From Octopus sinensis (Eukaryota): 64,000 bases of DNA. Location of the stretch: the NCBI RefSeq assembly GCF_006345805.1, contig NC_042998.1:146320001-146384000 (forward strand), given 5' to 3'. The number at the start of each line of letters is the position of its first letter. The first letter of the stretch is position 1. Positions 62,314 to 64,000 of the stretch are shown here, one piece after another. The notes beneath the pieces are model-generated. The model was given only the letters and a program-made list of their open reading frames with translations. It was not told the origin of the DNA and made no database searches. A program made the position numbers and the translations under genes.

Positions 62314-62490
62314 AATATAAGGGTAGCAAAAAATTCTAGAAAAATTTCTCCGCTACCAGCGCCATTCCTTATATTGTTGAATATATATATATATATATAT
62401 AGTTGGTGTTTTGAAATACCACGAACTGTTCTGAAGATTAGTCTGTTAATTAAATTCTCAACACGTATATATGAATGCGTATGTATGTGT

Positions 62491-62526
<36 letters not shown>

Positions 62527-63339
62527 ATATATGTAAATTTTATATACGTGCGAAGGATAATGTAATATCTCTTATATAACTAACATGATTATGAAACAGC
62601 TGTAAACTAATAGAATAAGCATCTTTCCTCCAATCTCACTCATCTGTTTTAATATGTGTGTGTGTGCGTGTGTGCGTTACGTATTACGAAGCTCAGATTA
62701 AACACATAGCTGTGCTACATATGCATGGGACTGAATAGCTTAAGAAGTTTGCTTCTCAATTTCGAGGTGCCAGAAACCTGCAACAAGTTTAAAGTTGGTT
62801 AGATTGTTTCATGCGAGCCACCATAAGCAGTTCTTGAATAGAACTAGGTCCCATCTTTTGGTATAAGTACTGGAGCGGGTGGTTGACCAACAGGAAAGCA
62901 AGCTTGAATTTAGTACGGCAAGTTAACGAAACATTCGCGAATTATTGGTATCTGGGCGATCGTGGAGGCATTCCAGATGAAATATTGTGAATCATTTTGT
63001 CTACTGTGTGGCAAAGATTAAAAAAAAGGAAAGAAAGAGGAAAGAAAACAAGAAATTCCTATCAGAAGCGACATAAATGAAACAATTACAAAGGGGGGGG
63101 GGGGCAAAGCAAAAAAAAAAACCCAACCCCAAAACTTGAAGATACAGAATTATTTCATAATTTCTACGACCAAGTTTTGATGACACATGACTTATAAGTA
63201 TCTCATAACCTGTCTATCAATGAAATCCGCTTGACTAATGTCACTTCACTACTATTGTATATTCCACCACTCCCACACGGATGTATTATAGCTTTTATAT
63301 AGATATAGATATATTATAGTTATGAATGTATGTATGTAT

Positions 63340-63580
63340 GTTCGTGTAGCCAAGTGGTTAGTGTTGCACTTATGATCACAACATCCTGGTTTCGATGTCT
63401 GGACCGGGAGGTACATCATTTTCCTGAGCGAAACACTTCATCTCGTGTTGCTCCAGTTAACCCTGCAACGACCGACTGGCGTCACGTTCAAGGGTAATGT
63501 TATCCTGTCGACCAAATGTTGATGCAAAATGAATGGGTAACCACCATTATGAGTCCTCGGACTTGAGAATGTAATGTACT
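63340..63580 (+). mobile_element. SINE family C
   Basis: GCCAAGTGGTTAG head, AAACACTTCATCTC and CCCTGCAACGACCGACTGGCGTC segments. Confidence 0.65.
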
Positions 63581-63582
63581 AG

Positions 63583-63790
<208 letters not shown>

Positions 63791-63804
63791 ATCGAATAAC
63801 ATAA

Positions 63805-63854
<50 letters not shown>

Positions 63855-64000
63855 CTACCTGTGATCTGTTGGGTCACCTGGAAAGTCTGAGTTTCCCAGC
63901 AACGGAGTTTTGTTTCGTGAGCTTTTTTTTTCCAGGTTTATTTCGCATGTTTTCAACGAATGTGACATCGAAATCACGCGTAAACGGTTCCTTTCCCCAG

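Noticed and set aside
62940-63190. SFCLLCGKD motif suggesting a second Chapaev-like transposase
   Set aside because: Too short and degraded to support

Overview
AT-rich, repeat-dense eukaryotic DNA. It is very probably octopus genomic sequence, inferred from recognisable cephalopod-type tRNA/CORE SINEs and extreme (TA)n/(CA)n/(TACA)n content. It is mostly intronic or intergenic, and almost all listed ORFs are microsatellite read-throughs. Supported content: at least three SINE families in dozens of copies; decayed LINE fragments (RTE, CR1-group, R4/Dong-type RLE); two Penelope-like (GIY-YIG) fragments; two TIR-bounded maT (DD37D) elements; mariner, hAT-MITE and Chapaev-like remnants; several fold-back elements; one 100-N gap. 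No complete host gene can be identified, but there are minus-strand candidate exons with good splice signals, the best at 47694-47798 inside a sharply CpG-depleted domain. The most notable signal is about 10 minimal type I hammerhead ribozyme motifs from several unrelated repeat families, most embedded in (TA)n tracts. Their catalytic cores vary non-randomly: the 3-8 tertiary pair occurs as C-G, U-A and A-U, and a U4-to-C variant recurs in three families. All coordinates were read by hand; boundaries of decayed repeats are approximate.
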